NCBI GenBank assembly: GCA_008632985.1
Contig: QPGO01000037.1
Coordinates: 248,001-312,000 of the forward strand
Length of the DNA: 64,000 bases
Direction: 5' to 3'
DNA from: Psammoneis japonica
Lineage: Eukaryota
Below the pieces are notes generated by a model that saw nothing but the letters and a program-made list of their open reading frames with translations, was not told the origin of the DNA and did not search any database. This document shows positions 25,677 to 38,084 of the stretch, in pieces. Positions within the stretch are counted from its first letter, which is position 1; every line of letters begins with the position of its first letter. The translations under genes were made by a program, and so were the position numbers.

Positions 25677-27542
25677 ATGCCGGGCTCCATGTTGTCGACG
25701 ACATGGTTAACTCTCGTTGCCCTCATTGCTCTATCCTTAACCCGTGCAGATCTTGTGCATCGTGAACAATCCGGTGGATCGCAATTCTCGAAATGCGGGT
25801 TTTCATCCGACACAAATTTCGTAACATGGTATGAGCAACTCTTCACCAACTCTCCCGTGTTGTTCCCAAAAACTGATGAGGAACTTGCCTACATTTGCTC
25901 TACAGCAAAGGCCAACGGTTGTAAAGTACGTGTACGAGGTGCAGGACATTCCGAAGATGGGCTGGTCATGCAAAAGTTGGACGAGTTGGATTATGAGGTT
26001 GTCGTCGTTCACTTGAAAGACTACGTACCGTCGGATTCGGCATGGAACGGAGTGCTCGACAAAGACACCGATACAGTCAAGGTCCCGGCGGGATGGAGTA
26101 CACTGCAACTCATGGCGCTGATTCGTCCGCAGGGATACCTAACCAAGACCAACACTGCGGGACGCTTTTTCAGTGTGGGTGGCGCATACTTGAATCCTTC
26201 TGTTATTGGAAGTATCCAGGACGAATCGAGGTATGCAGCTCAAGTCCAGAGCGTGCGAGTCATGAACGCAGACGGTATAATCACCGAGTATTCGGGTGAC
26301 GACGTGATCGATTTCCGAGGCTCGGCGGGTCTCTTAGGTATCGTGACGGCTATGGAAATCAGCGTCGTTGAAGACCAAGGATTGACCATGACACGGTCAA
26401 CCTTTGACGTTCACCCATTTGACGAAGATAAGCTCCGGCAGTTCTTTGTGCAAGAGTACTCTTCACATGATGGTATCCAGTTTTTCTATTACGTCTATGA
26501 AGATGCAATCGAGGCTCTCGAAATCGATTACACCGGTGGATCTCCGATTGATCCTGCCACTACCGTAGATTACTACTCCGAACGACTGGCCAAGCACCCG
26601 GACCTTTCCTTTGAGGGAGCATCAACGACGGGTGTGGTGGAAATCTCTGAGGCATTGGCGGGAGTCATTGAGAGTAAAAGAACTGTGGCACAATTAGTTA
26701 GTCGACTTTCACGAATCAACACGAACAACCAGTTCAATACAGCAGCACAGTCGCCCCGCGATGGGTACTTTTTGGAAATCGAAAACTTGCCTCGTTATCA
26801 GGGATTGGGTCTCAGCATCAAATGCTCCACTGACTGTCTCGATGAAACAATCAAAGTTTTCAAGATTTCCAGGTCGTTCCTCAAACAATTCGAAAACAAG
26901 CACAACAGCGATTGGTATCCGTATCTTCCCCTTGAATGGCGGCTATTCTCTGCTCAAGAAAACGAAATGACTTTGGAACATCTGGCAAAAGGCAAGTACA
27001 TTGTCCTAGAGTTGCCGACTTTGCGAGTTGGTAGTGATGGATTGGAGTTTTCAAAATACTTTGATCAGATAGAAGAATTATGGCTAGGTGCGTATCCAGA
27101 CGGCCGAATACATCACGGAAAAGCCTGGGGTATGGACGACGTTCCTGGGTTTGGATCCCCTGGAGACAAGGTTCAGTTCCAAGATGTCATCCTTTTGAAC
27201 TCCATTTACTCGCCCGACGTTCGTAAGGCGTTTGTTGACAAAATGAAGAAATACGATCCTTCCGGAACGTTTGCAGCCGGATCTTTCTTGACACAGTTGG
27301 GTTTGACAACGAATAAGCTTACACCCAAACAATACGTTGGCGATTCATGCGGACGGTTTGAAGATGGCGAGTGTATATCCGGCTGTTGCGACACGACTCG
27401 AGTTTTCTCTCACAACAAGCAGTGCTTGGCGACGGACCTGCCCGAGGACAATCGGTGTATTGAGGATTGTCAATGCCCGAACTCACAGGAGTGCAGGAGT
27501 GGATTTTGGCCTTGGCAATGGAGAAAGCAATGTCGTATGTAG
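25677..27542 (+). CDS. Secreted FAD-linked oxidase (PCMH-type, L-gulonolactone/ALO-like) with Cys-rich C-terminal module
   Basis: Hydrophobic signal peptide, KVRVRGAGHS FAD-binding motif, GLLGIVT, GRIHHGK (ALO RxHWGK-like), KYDPSGTF, and a C-terminal ~65 aa module with about 10 Cys. Intact 621 aa ORF. Confidence 0.82.
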   Translation: MPGSMLSTTWLTLVALIALSLTRADLVHREQSGGSQFSKCGFSSDTNFVTWYEQLFTNSPVLFPKTDEELAYICSTAKANGCKVRVRGAGHSEDGLVMQKLDELDYEVVVVHLKDYVPSDSAWNGVLDKDTDTVKVPAGWSTLQLMALIRPQGYLTKTNTAGRFFSVGGAYLNPSVIGSIQDESRYAAQVQSVRVMNADGIITEYSGDDVIDFRGSAGLLGIVTAMEISVVEDQGLTMTRSTFDVHPFDEDKLRQFFVQEYSSHDGIQFFYYVYEDAIEALEIDYTGGSPIDPATTVDYYSERLAKHPDLSFEGASTTGVVEISEALAGVIESKRTVAQLVSRLSRINTNNQFNTAAQSPRDGYFLEIENLPRYQGLGLSIKCSTDCLDETIKVFKISRSFLKQFENKHNSDWYPYLPLEWRLFSAQENEMTLEHLAKGKYIVLELPTLRVGSDGLEFSKYFDQIEELWLGAYPDGRIHHGKAWGMDDVPGFGSPGDKVQFQDVILLNSIYSPDVRKAFVDKMKKYDPSGTFAAGSFLTQLGLTTNKLTPKQYVGDSCGRFEDGECISGCCDTTRVFSHNKQCLATDLPEDNRCIEDCQCPNSQECRSGFWPWQWRKQCRM

Positions 27543-27957
27543 AGTAGAGGTTTGGACTACAGCTTAAGTCTGGACCAGTGGGAAAAAAGTTATTTGGAAC
27601 GTTCAGTTGATTCTTTACCACGTGCTTGTTTGAATTCCGACGTTACGGCAAGGAAACGATGCAGCTGGAAAGTCGACCGCCTCTGTCCTGTTTTCACTCC
27701 ACTCTTGCGGTTGTCATTTGCAGGGGATTGCAGTGACAGCCTTTTCTTGTTCTCTGATTTGCATTCCCAAGTCTAGAGAAAGTCTGCTCTGACTTTTTAG
27801 AACTCATTTGGGTAAGAGCGGAGTATGCTCTCTCTAGAGAGCGTGGTACAGTAGCGGTTGCCTTACCGGTAGTACAGGACTCTCTACTCTAGTCTCTAGA
27901 GAATTACTAATTCCTCACCACGGAGATGCTCACCAAATGCTCACCACGACTTTTTCG

Positions 27958-28499
27958 TTAACGTATTCGCACAACGAGCTGATGGATGGCAAGACGATTT
28001 GACATTCTGAATTTTTTTTGTACTGGAAACTTCGTGCGCGCTACACGAGCATCGCTAAAAATCGGCGACATGACGGCGGTGCGTTGTCGTAATGATAGCG
28101 ACGACATCGACGTGTCCTGGAGTCTTTGAGCGTTATAGACATTTAGATTATTAAATTTTCGAACATATAAAAGTCATGAAATAGACCAGGAGCAGCCTTC
28201 GTTCAATCGCAAAACGTCATACCAATACTGAGCTCTGTTTTTTGACTGTCATTTGATGCATTCAATTATCGAACGATTATGAGCTCGTCCGGGTAGCTTT
28301 CTTTACGTATGGATGTTCTTAAGAGCATTATTGATAACGCTATTAAGTGCATATTTTAAAGTCGTTCTGTAAGACAGTCAGAAAAATGTCATCGTCATCG
28401 TCGGCGTCGACGGCAATTTGTCGCGCAAATCGCAAAAAAAGCACGACAGTCGTCTGTCCGACATTGCGCTACTGTGCGCTGGTTGTGCGAATGCCTTAA
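27958..28499. mobile_element. Candidate MITE: ~540 bp non-coding element with imperfect terminal inverted repeats ending in TTAA
   Basis: Left ttaacgtattcgcacaacgagc (from 27958) versus reverse complement of the right end ttaaggcattcgcacaaccagc (to 28499). No ORF inside. Confidence 0.55.
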
Positions 28500-29470
28500 A
28501 TATATTACGTCAGTCTCTCCGTCATATGCGAACTGCCACATCACTCTTTCAAACCAAACATAATCCCCCCCCCATCAAAACCGACCAAAACTGACGGCAA
28601 CGCCCAGAAAACAGAAAACAACACGCATCGACAACATGGTGGCACACAGAGCATGAAAATGATGGCCCGTAACGGCGTCAAATTTCAACCGTATGACAAT
28701 AAAAAGAAGAGCAATCGAACCGTCGTATATTAATTAGTCTGTGAAGTTCATTTCTCTTTTGTCCAGTGCTGTAATCGCAGACTTATGGAGTTTTTTCAGA
28801 AGCTGTCAATTGTCAAGTTTTAGATCCTTTTCTCGGGCCATTTCGTCCCTCAGTCTAAGATCAAACTACATAATAATAAGCCGATTAAATCCTCCATATT
28901 TAAGTTAGTCTTTAAGCTTATTGGTGTATCGTGTGGATCTAGTTTAGCTGCCTTATGCATTGAGTTTGTATGGTGCACGAACAATCCTGTGAATACAACA
29001 AGTCTATTTTAGCCATAAGTCCACACAATTTTGCCATTTTCTTCACCTGACATGATCATATGGACTTAATATTATCGTATGGTGCTACTTCTATTGTTTT
29101 AAATCTGGAAGAAGTTGTGAGAAACGGCCGCAGACGCCATGGCGACTTACACGAAAAACACATCAAGTCATCTCAGTAGATTTCTACATGCGGCTCAGTA
29201 CGTGACGTCTCAAATCGATCGCGGAAGGAATAATCGCGAAGACTTTCCCTCCTTTTTTGGAATTTTTGATTTTTGCAGATTTTCTGCAGATACTTCAACT
29301 TTTGGTGGTGCACTTCCTCACACAACATAGACTAAGCCACAACCCACAACCGAACAAGACCGACTCGACATTCGACGGCGAGCAACGAACGACAACGCAA
29401 CACAGGAGACACGTGACATATTTTGAATTTCGAAGGCGGCATACTGCATGGCGTGATACTGTCAAAGAAT

Positions 29471-30325
29471 ATGGAGAAAGCGATTCTTCTGCTTCTGACT
29501 TGTGTCATTGATTATGGAGGCGCTTTTGCCTTTGCGTTTGCCTCCTACCTTTTGCATGAGACTATCAGACACACTTTTCCAACTTTGGTGATAGCCGTTT
29601 CGATTCAAGCGGCTGTTGCGACATTCATCATTTATTTTCGCGAAGTTCTTCACTTTTTGTTGCTGGGATCTCGTGTGCCACCGGAAAAGTTGCAGCCAAT
29701 ATCGAGAGAAACTTGGAGCCACGCGTTGAAATCGGCGATGTTAGCGGCGACCGCTTACGTGATCACATCTTACAATGGCTTTGTTTCGCATGAGCCGTTT
29801 GAGCCGACGTCCCTTCAATATTGGCTCAACTCGTTTGTGCCCTTCTATGCAATTTTGCTTCTTCGGGACTTTTTCATGTTGCTTCCTTTTCATGCACTCA
29901 TGCACGACCGCAGGTGGTATTTTCTGCACAAAACACACCACGAACAGAAAATGAACGTACAGAGCATCCATTCCATGCACATTGGGCTAGTGGATGTTTT
30001 TATCGAGAATGTTGGAGCACCCGCTTTGCTATTTTTACTGCAATATGTGATGTTTGGAAGGCAAAGCGTTGGTTTTTCGTGGAACGTCCCCGTCATGATC
30101 ACTTTTCACGACGCCTCTCTCCATTCCATCAACCCCTACTCTGTCATGTACTTCAACCCAGTTTTAGATTGGATTTTCAAAGCAAACATTTGCCATCAAC
30201 TTCATCATGCCAAAAATGACAATGATCACCTGCTGTTTGTTCCTTATCACCACGTGATACCAACAAGACGAAGGAAGGACATTGACAAATACAATCGAGT
30301 GTTTCGGACCAAGTTTGCTTGTTGA
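29471..30325 (+). CDS. Fatty acid hydroxylase / sterol desaturase superfamily membrane protein
   Basis: His boxes HALMH, HKTHH, HDASLHS, HQLHH and hydrophobic segments. First in-frame ATG at 29471. Confidence 0.85.
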   Translation: MEKAILLLLTCVIDYGGAFAFAFASYLLHETIRHTFPTLVIAVSIQAAVATFIIYFREVLHFLLLGSRVPPEKLQPISRETWSHALKSAMLAATAYVITSYNGFVSHEPFEPTSLQYWLNSFVPFYAILLLRDFFMLLPFHALMHDRRWYFLHKTHHEQKMNVQSIHSMHIGLVDVFIENVGAPALLFLLQYVMFGRQSVGFSWNVPVMITFHDASLHSINPYSVMYFNPVLDWIFKANICHQLHHAKNDNDHLLFVPYHHVIPTRRRKDIDKYNRVFRTKFAC

Positions 30326-30465
30326 ACAAAAGAGGATAGACAACTACATAATTGAAGGAAAAGACTCCTTCACTATCGCTTCAAGTACCTAGTTCAAATC
30401 CTACTGCTTCGTTGCTGTTTACTTCAAAAATTATTTCTAATGCTTATCAGGTGTTGTCGCCCGAT

Positions 30466-31790
30466 CTACCTGCGCTGAAACAAGTAGTGGCTAACAATCC
30501 ATTCGTTCCCGTTCTCAAGACCAAAAAGCTCTGCACACGCCATGAAGAAGAGTCTCCAGTTAATGTACCACTCTTGCTCCTTACCCTTTCCATAAGCCTC
30601 TGCCAAGACGGGTTTCAAGGCTCCGTCCTTCCAACTCTTATCCAGATACTTGAGCCATCCATTGGATGTCTTCTCGTAGTTGGTCCCGCTCACTCGCCAA
30701 TGCTTTCGACGGAGAACTTGGAAGAAAAGTAGAGGAGCAAGTCGTCACTTGGCATGGTGCCGCCCGTGAAAAAGGTGTCAGCCATCCAACCCTTTTCGAA
30801 ATGATAACAGTAGTCCACGTGCGAGAAAATGTGAACAAACAGTTTGCCATTGGGTTTGAGAAAGCCGTGAATCTTTCCGAGAAGAATGTCATAATTCTTC
30901 ATATGCTCGAACCTAAACGCAATTGTAGAAGCAAAATAATTCAGAGTGAGCAAGCGACAACTATTAGATGATAAGTGGAAGTTCGGCAGCCAAGAAGCGA
31001 ACCGACTTAACTCACATTTCAACCGTGAGAACTAGATCATTGTCTTTCACGGAATCCAATGCCCCTTGTCGTCTGCCACATTGCACTGTCAATCACAAGA
31101 GAACAACGCAAAGCTTGAGAAGAATTTCTCATTATAAATCACGCAAAGGACCAAAGCATATATAGCGTACCGTAATGACATTAATATTGTCGACATTGTA
31201 GCCACGCTCCTTGGCAGTCGCAGGATGTAATCGCGCTGGCTGTGCGAATTCGAAATGGCAGTGATTTTGCAATTAGGAAACTTGCCCGCAATGTGCAATG
31301 TTAAGCTACCCCAACCGCATCCAAGATCCACAACTTTCATTCCATCCTCCAGCTGAGCACGTTCGCAGTACAAATCCAACATTAAGTCCTCGGATTCTTC
31401 AAAGGTCGTGGAAGATGTCGGCCACAGTCCGCTCGAATACTTTTTCTTGGGGCCTAGGCACAAGTCATAAAACTTAGCGGGCACCTCATAATGCTGTTCG
31501 TTTGCGGAATCCGTTTCAATCGCAATTGGTAGAGAATGAAGTTCCTTCACAATCGCCATTTTCTTTTCAATATCCGATTCGACATTGGTAGCCTTGAGCA
31601 GCTGCAACTGATCATAGAGACGAATGCGGATTCCATACCGAATCAAAAAATCAGGAAACAAGCCTGCGTAGACTAACGGGAGGACATACTCCGTTCCATA
31701 CGACAAGCAAGCTAAAACTTTGTCGGCCAGTCGTTGATAGAGGGATGAGGATGTGACGGACTTGACGACCCCATCGCCGCATACAAAACG
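30466..31790 (-). CDS. SAM-dependent methyltransferase, coclaurine N-methyltransferase / cyclopropane fatty-acid synthase-like; two introns, start uncertain
   Basis: ANEQHYEVP..FYDLCLGPKKKYSSG, VVDLGCGWGSL, SNSHSQ, EM/FEHMKNY, FFTGGTMPS, WRLFFMACAELFG. Introns at ~31086-31170 and ~30913-31016. Three apparent 1-bp deletions (~30702, ~31063, ~31221). Confidence 0.85.
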
Positions 31791-32968
31791 ATCGCATCAA
31801 GCACACCAAACTCCCTCCTCCCGAGAGGATGCTCGACTGAAGCGGAATCGAACGTCCTCTAAAGCTGAAGGACATGCTGAATAACTTATGTACAGCGACA
31901 ACTACTGACGAACTTTACAGCAACAGCATGCAAAACAACAAAATCTTCAATAAGTGCCTCCGATCTGTGCAAGATCTTCGTCATCATCCCTGATTGATGA
32001 TGATTTCGCTTCGGCAAACAGTACTAGTACCCGGTACCAAAGTCCTGCGTACTGAATCAATCGTATGTAGCGTTCTACAGAGGTTTCAATACACAACGTG
32101 GAAGTACTGTATTCGATTTGCTGTCGTACGACGGACAGGTGTTGGATGCAGTTTTTCGATGATTCCAAAATTCAAATGAACATATTCATTTCGGATAACC
32201 TAAATCCTGTTTTTGGAATTTCAATACATGTACGTAGGCCCTATCGTGAACGTAGAGACCATTACTTTTTTTTGTCGAAGTCCCGCCAACCAACGTCAAC
32301 CGACCCGGGGGCTGATCAAACACCGCCGGCGAATCTCAATCTGATCCCATGTTGCGGAACGAGGTGTCAACATAGCATCGCCAGGAAACGTTCGCACCAA
32401 ACACAACGTTCCATCATTCATGATCAATTCAGTTGCAGTCTTCTTTCTGACAGTGTGTTGATAGAACGCAAACACAATGACTGGATTCTGGGAGGATGAA
32501 TCGCGACTCGAAATCTTGAGGAAGTGTTTGTCGACCATCATCCGAGAAACATGTGACTGTTTCGAAGAACCCACGAGGCGCTCTCCTGCTTGCATCGTCG
32601 TTTCCTGGCATGATTCGACGGAACAGGTCAGTTGGTCTACAGGTTTATGAAGGGGACAGATACCACAAATTGTTTGAGTTGCGCATGAGGCATTCTGAGA
32701 TTCCCCAACGAACGGACGCCGAGACATGGGCATCCAAGCACCACACCCTGTCACTGGCCTACGTGCTATCCCCCGTCAAAAGCAGCGTTGCCGACTTGGT
32801 TGACTTGCTTTTGAGGAATAATGTCAAGTTTCAAAGATTGACTATCAAGCTACGCCGCCAACGACATCGGCCTCTCAATCGACTTTTAGGAAAACACAAT
32901 CCACAGAAGCGACAACCCCCTCACACTGTTCAAGACGACAAGGGGAGAACATGGTCGCACACCTTGCA

Positions 32969-33587
32969 GCTTGATAATGCTCCAAAAATGGATGTGTTTG
33001 AGAAATACGTAGTAAGTTCTTCTCATGGACGTCAATCGCAATGTCTGTACGAGGCACCTTGGGCTCATTTCTTTTCTTGTTTGTCTCGTTTTGACACAGG
33101 ATTGGTTGGAGAATGGTAGTTACGGCACCCCTCCGGACGGGGAATGGAATGGGGAGTATTTGTCTGGCGACAGAATTAGCCTTTGAGTGTAAATGTCATC
33201 GGAACAATGTTTGATTGGTGGGAATAAAGGTTCATCTGTTTGGATAATGTTGTTTCGCTATTGCTGTTGCTACTGTATAGCATCGCCGCTTGATAATGCC
33301 ACGAAATGGATGTGTTTGAGAAATGCCGTACGTGGTAGGTTCTTCTTATGAACGTCAATCGCAATGTCTGTACGGTATGAGGCACCTTATGCTATCTTTT
33401 CTTTGCTTGTTTATTCTCAATTCTCGTTTTGACGTAGGATTGGCTTAAGGAACGGTAGTCACGGCACCGCTCCCGACGGGGAATGGAATGGGGAGTATCT
33501 ATGAATGTCGTCGGAACAATGTTTGATTGGCGGGAATAAAGGTTATATTTGTTTGAATAACGTAGTTTTGCTATAGCTACTGTATAA
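32969..33587 (+). repeat. Tandem duplication of ~310 bp (copies ~32969-33287 and ~33288-33587)
   Basis: gcttgataatgc...atggatgtgtttgagaaat...gtcaatcgcaatgtctgtac...gacggggaatggaatggggagtat...ggaacaatgtttgattgg...gctactgtata occurs twice. Confidence 0.9.
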
Positions 33588-33625
33588 ACACCCCCGTGAG
33601 CCAACTAACAACACCCTCTTAATCG

Positions 33626-36393
33626 TTATCCCTGCAGTAGCTCGTTGAGCGCCAGCTCAATGTCGTTGTTGTGCCTTCTCAATGCGTCAACCACCTTGTC
33701 GGGATTGAAATCCATTGCAATCAGGCTTGCCACCTTTTTGTCGTCAACCAGCACTTGTGGCGTAGAATGAGAAATACTTTGTACCCCTGGCCTCGTCCCA
33801 CCGGACGAGACCACATACGTGCAATGCCGCTAGCATAACGTGAGTCTGCGCTTGATCTATTCGAAGCCGGTGGCACATGGCTATTGTGGCGCATATCATC
33901 AGCTCTGTTGCTACTACTTGAAGAAATTGTGGCTGCCATCTTTGCATCAGACATTTCTTGCTTACGACGACGGTCGCCGTAACGCGATTCTTCTTCGTGG
34001 TCACAACGTTCCACCGTCAATCTCACTGATATATCCCCTACCTGATTTTTCAACTGCTCGAGCTTGGGGGTAACAACACTGTAGAAATTTAAACCTTCCC
34101 TCAAATGCTTTGTGAAGAAATCGACATCCTCAACGGCATCATCAATCATTGCAATTACAGATTCACCGGAATTGTTGGGCGCACCCTCTGCCCGCCGTAC
34201 TTGCGTGAATTTCTCGTTCTCAGCCAAAATCGAATCCAACAAGTCCGCTTGGCGGTCCACATTCAGTTGAATATCATATGAAATGGCCTGAGCGTCATTT
34301 CGGGCCTCACGCAAAGAACGAGTAGAACGTTGCGAAGAATGACTAGACTCGTCTCCCGCATATACAGTCGTTCGCGTATTAGATCTTTGCACACGATCCT
34401 TTAACTTGGCCAGTTTTGCATCTCGGTCGTCAAACAGCTTCGACATGTCCGCCAACATTTCATTTAGTTTTCTGGTGGAGTACATGGGAGAAGCGACGGT
34501 CAGTGATGGAACAAGTCGATCCAGCTTTGACTTGCTGTATTGCAACAATTGATACTTTGGATCCGTGTCCAAGATTTCCAATCTCTTTAGTAACACGGTG
34601 TCCCCAGCTTGCGACTTGGCAAGTAGAGCTTCGTATTCCGTCAAAGCAGCTCTGGCATCAGTTTGAACACTTTCTACATTGTGTCCTTCAAAGGAAGTGA
34701 ATTGCTCTCGGAACAGCCGATCCATTTCCTCATTTTCATCCAATTGTCGCTTTACTTGATTAGCAAGGTCTCGTGCAGCGTCAGCCACCTCACGAAGCTG
34801 CCATAAATCCTGTTTGATTAGTTTCATTCGCGAGTCTTGCTGAATCTCATCCACTCGTAACCACAAATCTTCTGGAAGGCCTCCACCAGACTGCTCCTGC
34901 TTGTACGCAATCAATGAGTGCGGCAGATTCACATGGGCTAGCGCCTCTCGGGCAGCCTCCGTGTGCTCATGCACCAATCTCTCCATTTGTTCCACAAGAT
35001 CATCCATGGTTTTCGAATACCTCTTACCCAAATCTCGTTCGCTTCGATGCTGCTGTTGTCCTAAACTTCGTTCGCTTCGATGCTTCTGTTTTCCCAAGTT
35101 TCGTTCGCTTCGATGCTGCTGCTGTCCCAAACTTCGTTCGCTTCGATGTTTCTGTTGCCCGAAATTCCGTTCACTTCGTTGCTGATGTTGTCCTAAAGCA
35201 CGCTCGCTTCGATGTTGCTGTTTTCCGAAATTTCGTTCACTTTGTTTGCGCAATCGACGAAACAGTGGTATACTCGGCGTCATCATGGTTTCAGGAATAG
35301 CACCGTCGGCTTTGACCAACAGCTGTCCTCGTAACGCTGGGAGATGTGTAGGTACCGTGTCACGATGAATAGTGTCATTTTCGTCCTTGGCGATTTCTAA
35401 CCGCTCGCGAATCTCAAACAGCAATTGTCCGACTTCTGTATCAAAACCAAAGAGCGATGAAGGAATATTTGGGAGTCTTTGAAAAAAGCGCTGGCATTCA
35501 GCAATGATATCAAATGCCTGTTTCATTCTCGCCAACTCCATTCCCCACTGACTCTTGCTTCGACTGGCACATGCCTCGTGGTATTCTGCCTTACCCTTGA
35601 ACCATATACTCAGCGCTTGACAGTGAGTGTTCCAATGATGAGTTTGTGCCGGTAGTTGACGTGTGAGAATTGGATCGCGGCAGTGTTTGAGACATTCCTG
35701 CAACACTGGTACCGTCCCCGCCGCGAGTCGGGCCAGGGCAGGATGAGAGGGTCTGGCTGTCTTTATTATTGAAAATTCATAGGTTGACATTTGCGCTTGT
35801 GCAATCATGATGTTTTCCCAAAATAAAAGCATGGGTGGGCTGAGATCCACGGCGACATTGTACAGGTTGTATTGTTCGACATGCTCGTGCAAATGTCGCA
35901 TAAAGCTGGCCGCCATACTCCAATGTCCAATCGATGCCTTTACAGAGGCAATCGACGATGATTTTTGGTTTGACGCAGCGTATGCTTCCACAGCACACAT
36001 GTTCCACAGCATACAGGCCCTTTCCCACAAGAGTGTGTGATGCATCCGGGAGGGGGGTGCAAAGGCACCGTCCCATTCGAGCTCGAGTGTGCAATGATTT
36101 TGCTTGTCAGTATCCTTCTCTATACCCGTAAGTCGGCGATTCTCACACTGCAGCAACAAAGCATGATATTCGTGACAGTCATTAATTGATTCCATGACAG
36201 AATTATACCCATTGGCGTGAGAAATGGCGTTGGTCACTGCATGACGGAGAGAAGCCAAGCGCACTAAATCGTCACTGCATTCCTCAGCGGTAAAGTCAGG
36301 TCCCAATGCAGTACCCGAATACTCATTTATCCATATCGCCAGTTCAGCTTGAATGTCACATGGATGAGGAACCTTCAGCGGGATGGACAACAT
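33626..36393 (-). CDS. BRO1/ALIX-like ESCRT-associated protein (BRO1 + V domain) with C-terminal UBA domain
   Basis: MLSIPLK, WERACMLWN, AQAQ, WGMELAR, KDENDTIHRDTVP (BRO1), EGLNFYS (V-domain end) and UBA VASLIAMDFNPDKVVDALRRHNNDIELALNELL. The UBA joins via a 65-nt GTATGT..CAAG intron (33818-33754) or a frameshift. Confidence 0.87.
35026..35243 (-). repeat. Coding minisatellite, 33-bp unit x ~6.5 (SERxLGQQQHR)
   Basis: SERNFGKQQHR SERALGQHQQR SERNFGQQKHR SERSLGQQQHR SERNLGKQKHR SERSLGQQQHR SERDLG. Confidence 0.92.
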
Positions 36394-37135
36394 TGTGTGA
36401 GCCCGGTGGTATCACGGGAATGACCCGTAAAAGTTCAGGTTTGGAGGATCAGGTTGCTCTCTTCGTTTTTTCCTTTTTTGCTTTTCTCAAAACGACCTTA
36501 GCTCGAGAATAAGACACTGAAGGTAACGCAAAATTACAAGAACGCTACTCGCATATCCAACACTAACGATACCCTCTTCAGCTTTGGTTGCGAAAAGAAC
36601 TCTCCCATTGTGTTTGCACAGTTTGATCGCTGATACAGTAGATGTCGTCGCGACACCATTTTATACAGGTTGGTATGTTTTGGTATTTACTTTCGTGACT
36701 GGCAGTCACAGGAGAAGATTTAGAAAATAGCTTTTTGGAATAAGATGAAATTAATTCAAAAGAATATCAAGGAAATACGTAATTTTGAAAATTACTTTAT
36801 AAAAGTTTGTCGGAGGGAGGTTCATCGTGTACCGGTTTTTTGTGTGCGAAAAGAAAATATTATTTGCATGTCTAATCTGAAATCCGCGCACAAGCAACGA
36901 CAGCCCAGACCTTTTCATTTTTCATATGGTAAATAACCCGCTGAACATACTGAGAACAACAAAGATTGCACTCCTCTCGCTGCTCATCCAGAAGGATCAA
37001 AACCAACGCAGCACCGTTCCTTTTGTCGTACGAAATCCGCTGAACAACATTCAACATGGAGAACACAGACGTCTTTCTTATGGTGGCGGGTCTTATCCTT
37101 GATCAAAGACTCTCGAGATTCGTGATCTAGGGGCG

Positions 37136-38084
37136 ATGATGAGTGTGAGTGAGGATGTCAGTTCTTTGATCCGCGAATCTCAATGTTGGGAGCTCTGTCT
37201 CGACAAAAAACGGCTTGGTCTGGCTCCTCCTTGGAAGATCTGTACAACGCACTGGGAAGGACCGTGCGTTCCGGACGATTACACCGTCTATGATCTTCAC
37301 ATTCCTCCCCGACCACATGCAAGAGGTTCACGCCAGCCGGATCGTCTGACAGATTATCCCCATCGCAATGACACTCGTGCCCAGGGCCATGTCTTGGCGA
37401 ATGTGGCATTGCCTTTTCTTTCCGGCTTGCATCGTTTCAATCCAGCGACAGGTGCCTTGTATGACCTCTTTTATGACGCGCACGAAGACCCAGGGCCAGA
37501 GCGGGATGTTGTGTCGCATGGAACACAGGTGTACATTCAACGTGACTTACCAATCACGTGCCATGTCTGCGGTGTAGTTTGTACAACGTAGCTACCTAGG
37601 TTTGGTGCGCACTGCGTGACCGTTGATCACCAAGTCGCCTCCGTACCGCATCATGGGCGCATTCCGTCCTGCTTTAACGACCCAAGGAATAAGGTGGGTT
37701 ATGAAAGGAAGGAAAGCTCCTTCTGAAAAGGCGAAAGCTTGCCTCACATACAAGCAGAGAGTGCTGGACTTTCTAAAAGCGCTCCCATGGACTCTGCGGG
37801 TCTCGAAAACATGGAGATTGATTCACCGTGGTTTGGTCACTAGAGAATGTGAGAACAACGACTACCCCCTGGAGAATTGTACCATTGAACGGGTTACCAA
37901 GGCGTGTGTTGATTTCGTGGTTTCAGACTTTCTTCAAGATGGTTTGAGAATCGTTGGATACACACGTGATGCCATAATTCATGGTGGGGGGGATTTGGAA
38001 CTCATGGGAGTTTCAGCGGACGTTGGCTCTTCGACATGGTGGTATACCCCTAATTGTAGCGCTTTGATGACAGTGAACCTATAG
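37136..38084 (+). CDS. Hypothetical protein (two adjacent ORFs, possibly one gene)
   Basis: Consecutive 151 and 153 aa ORFs of plausible composition in a normal-composition island. No recognisable motif. Confidence 0.35.

Noticed and set aside
32296..33119. ORFs of 130-190 aa between the methyltransferase and BRO1 genes
   Set aside because: No recognisable motif, and they overlap a tandem duplication. Cannot be supported as genes.
35026..35243. CRISPR-like array
   Set aside because: The units are contiguous in-frame coding repeats without unique spacers, there are no cas genes, and the context is eukaryotic.
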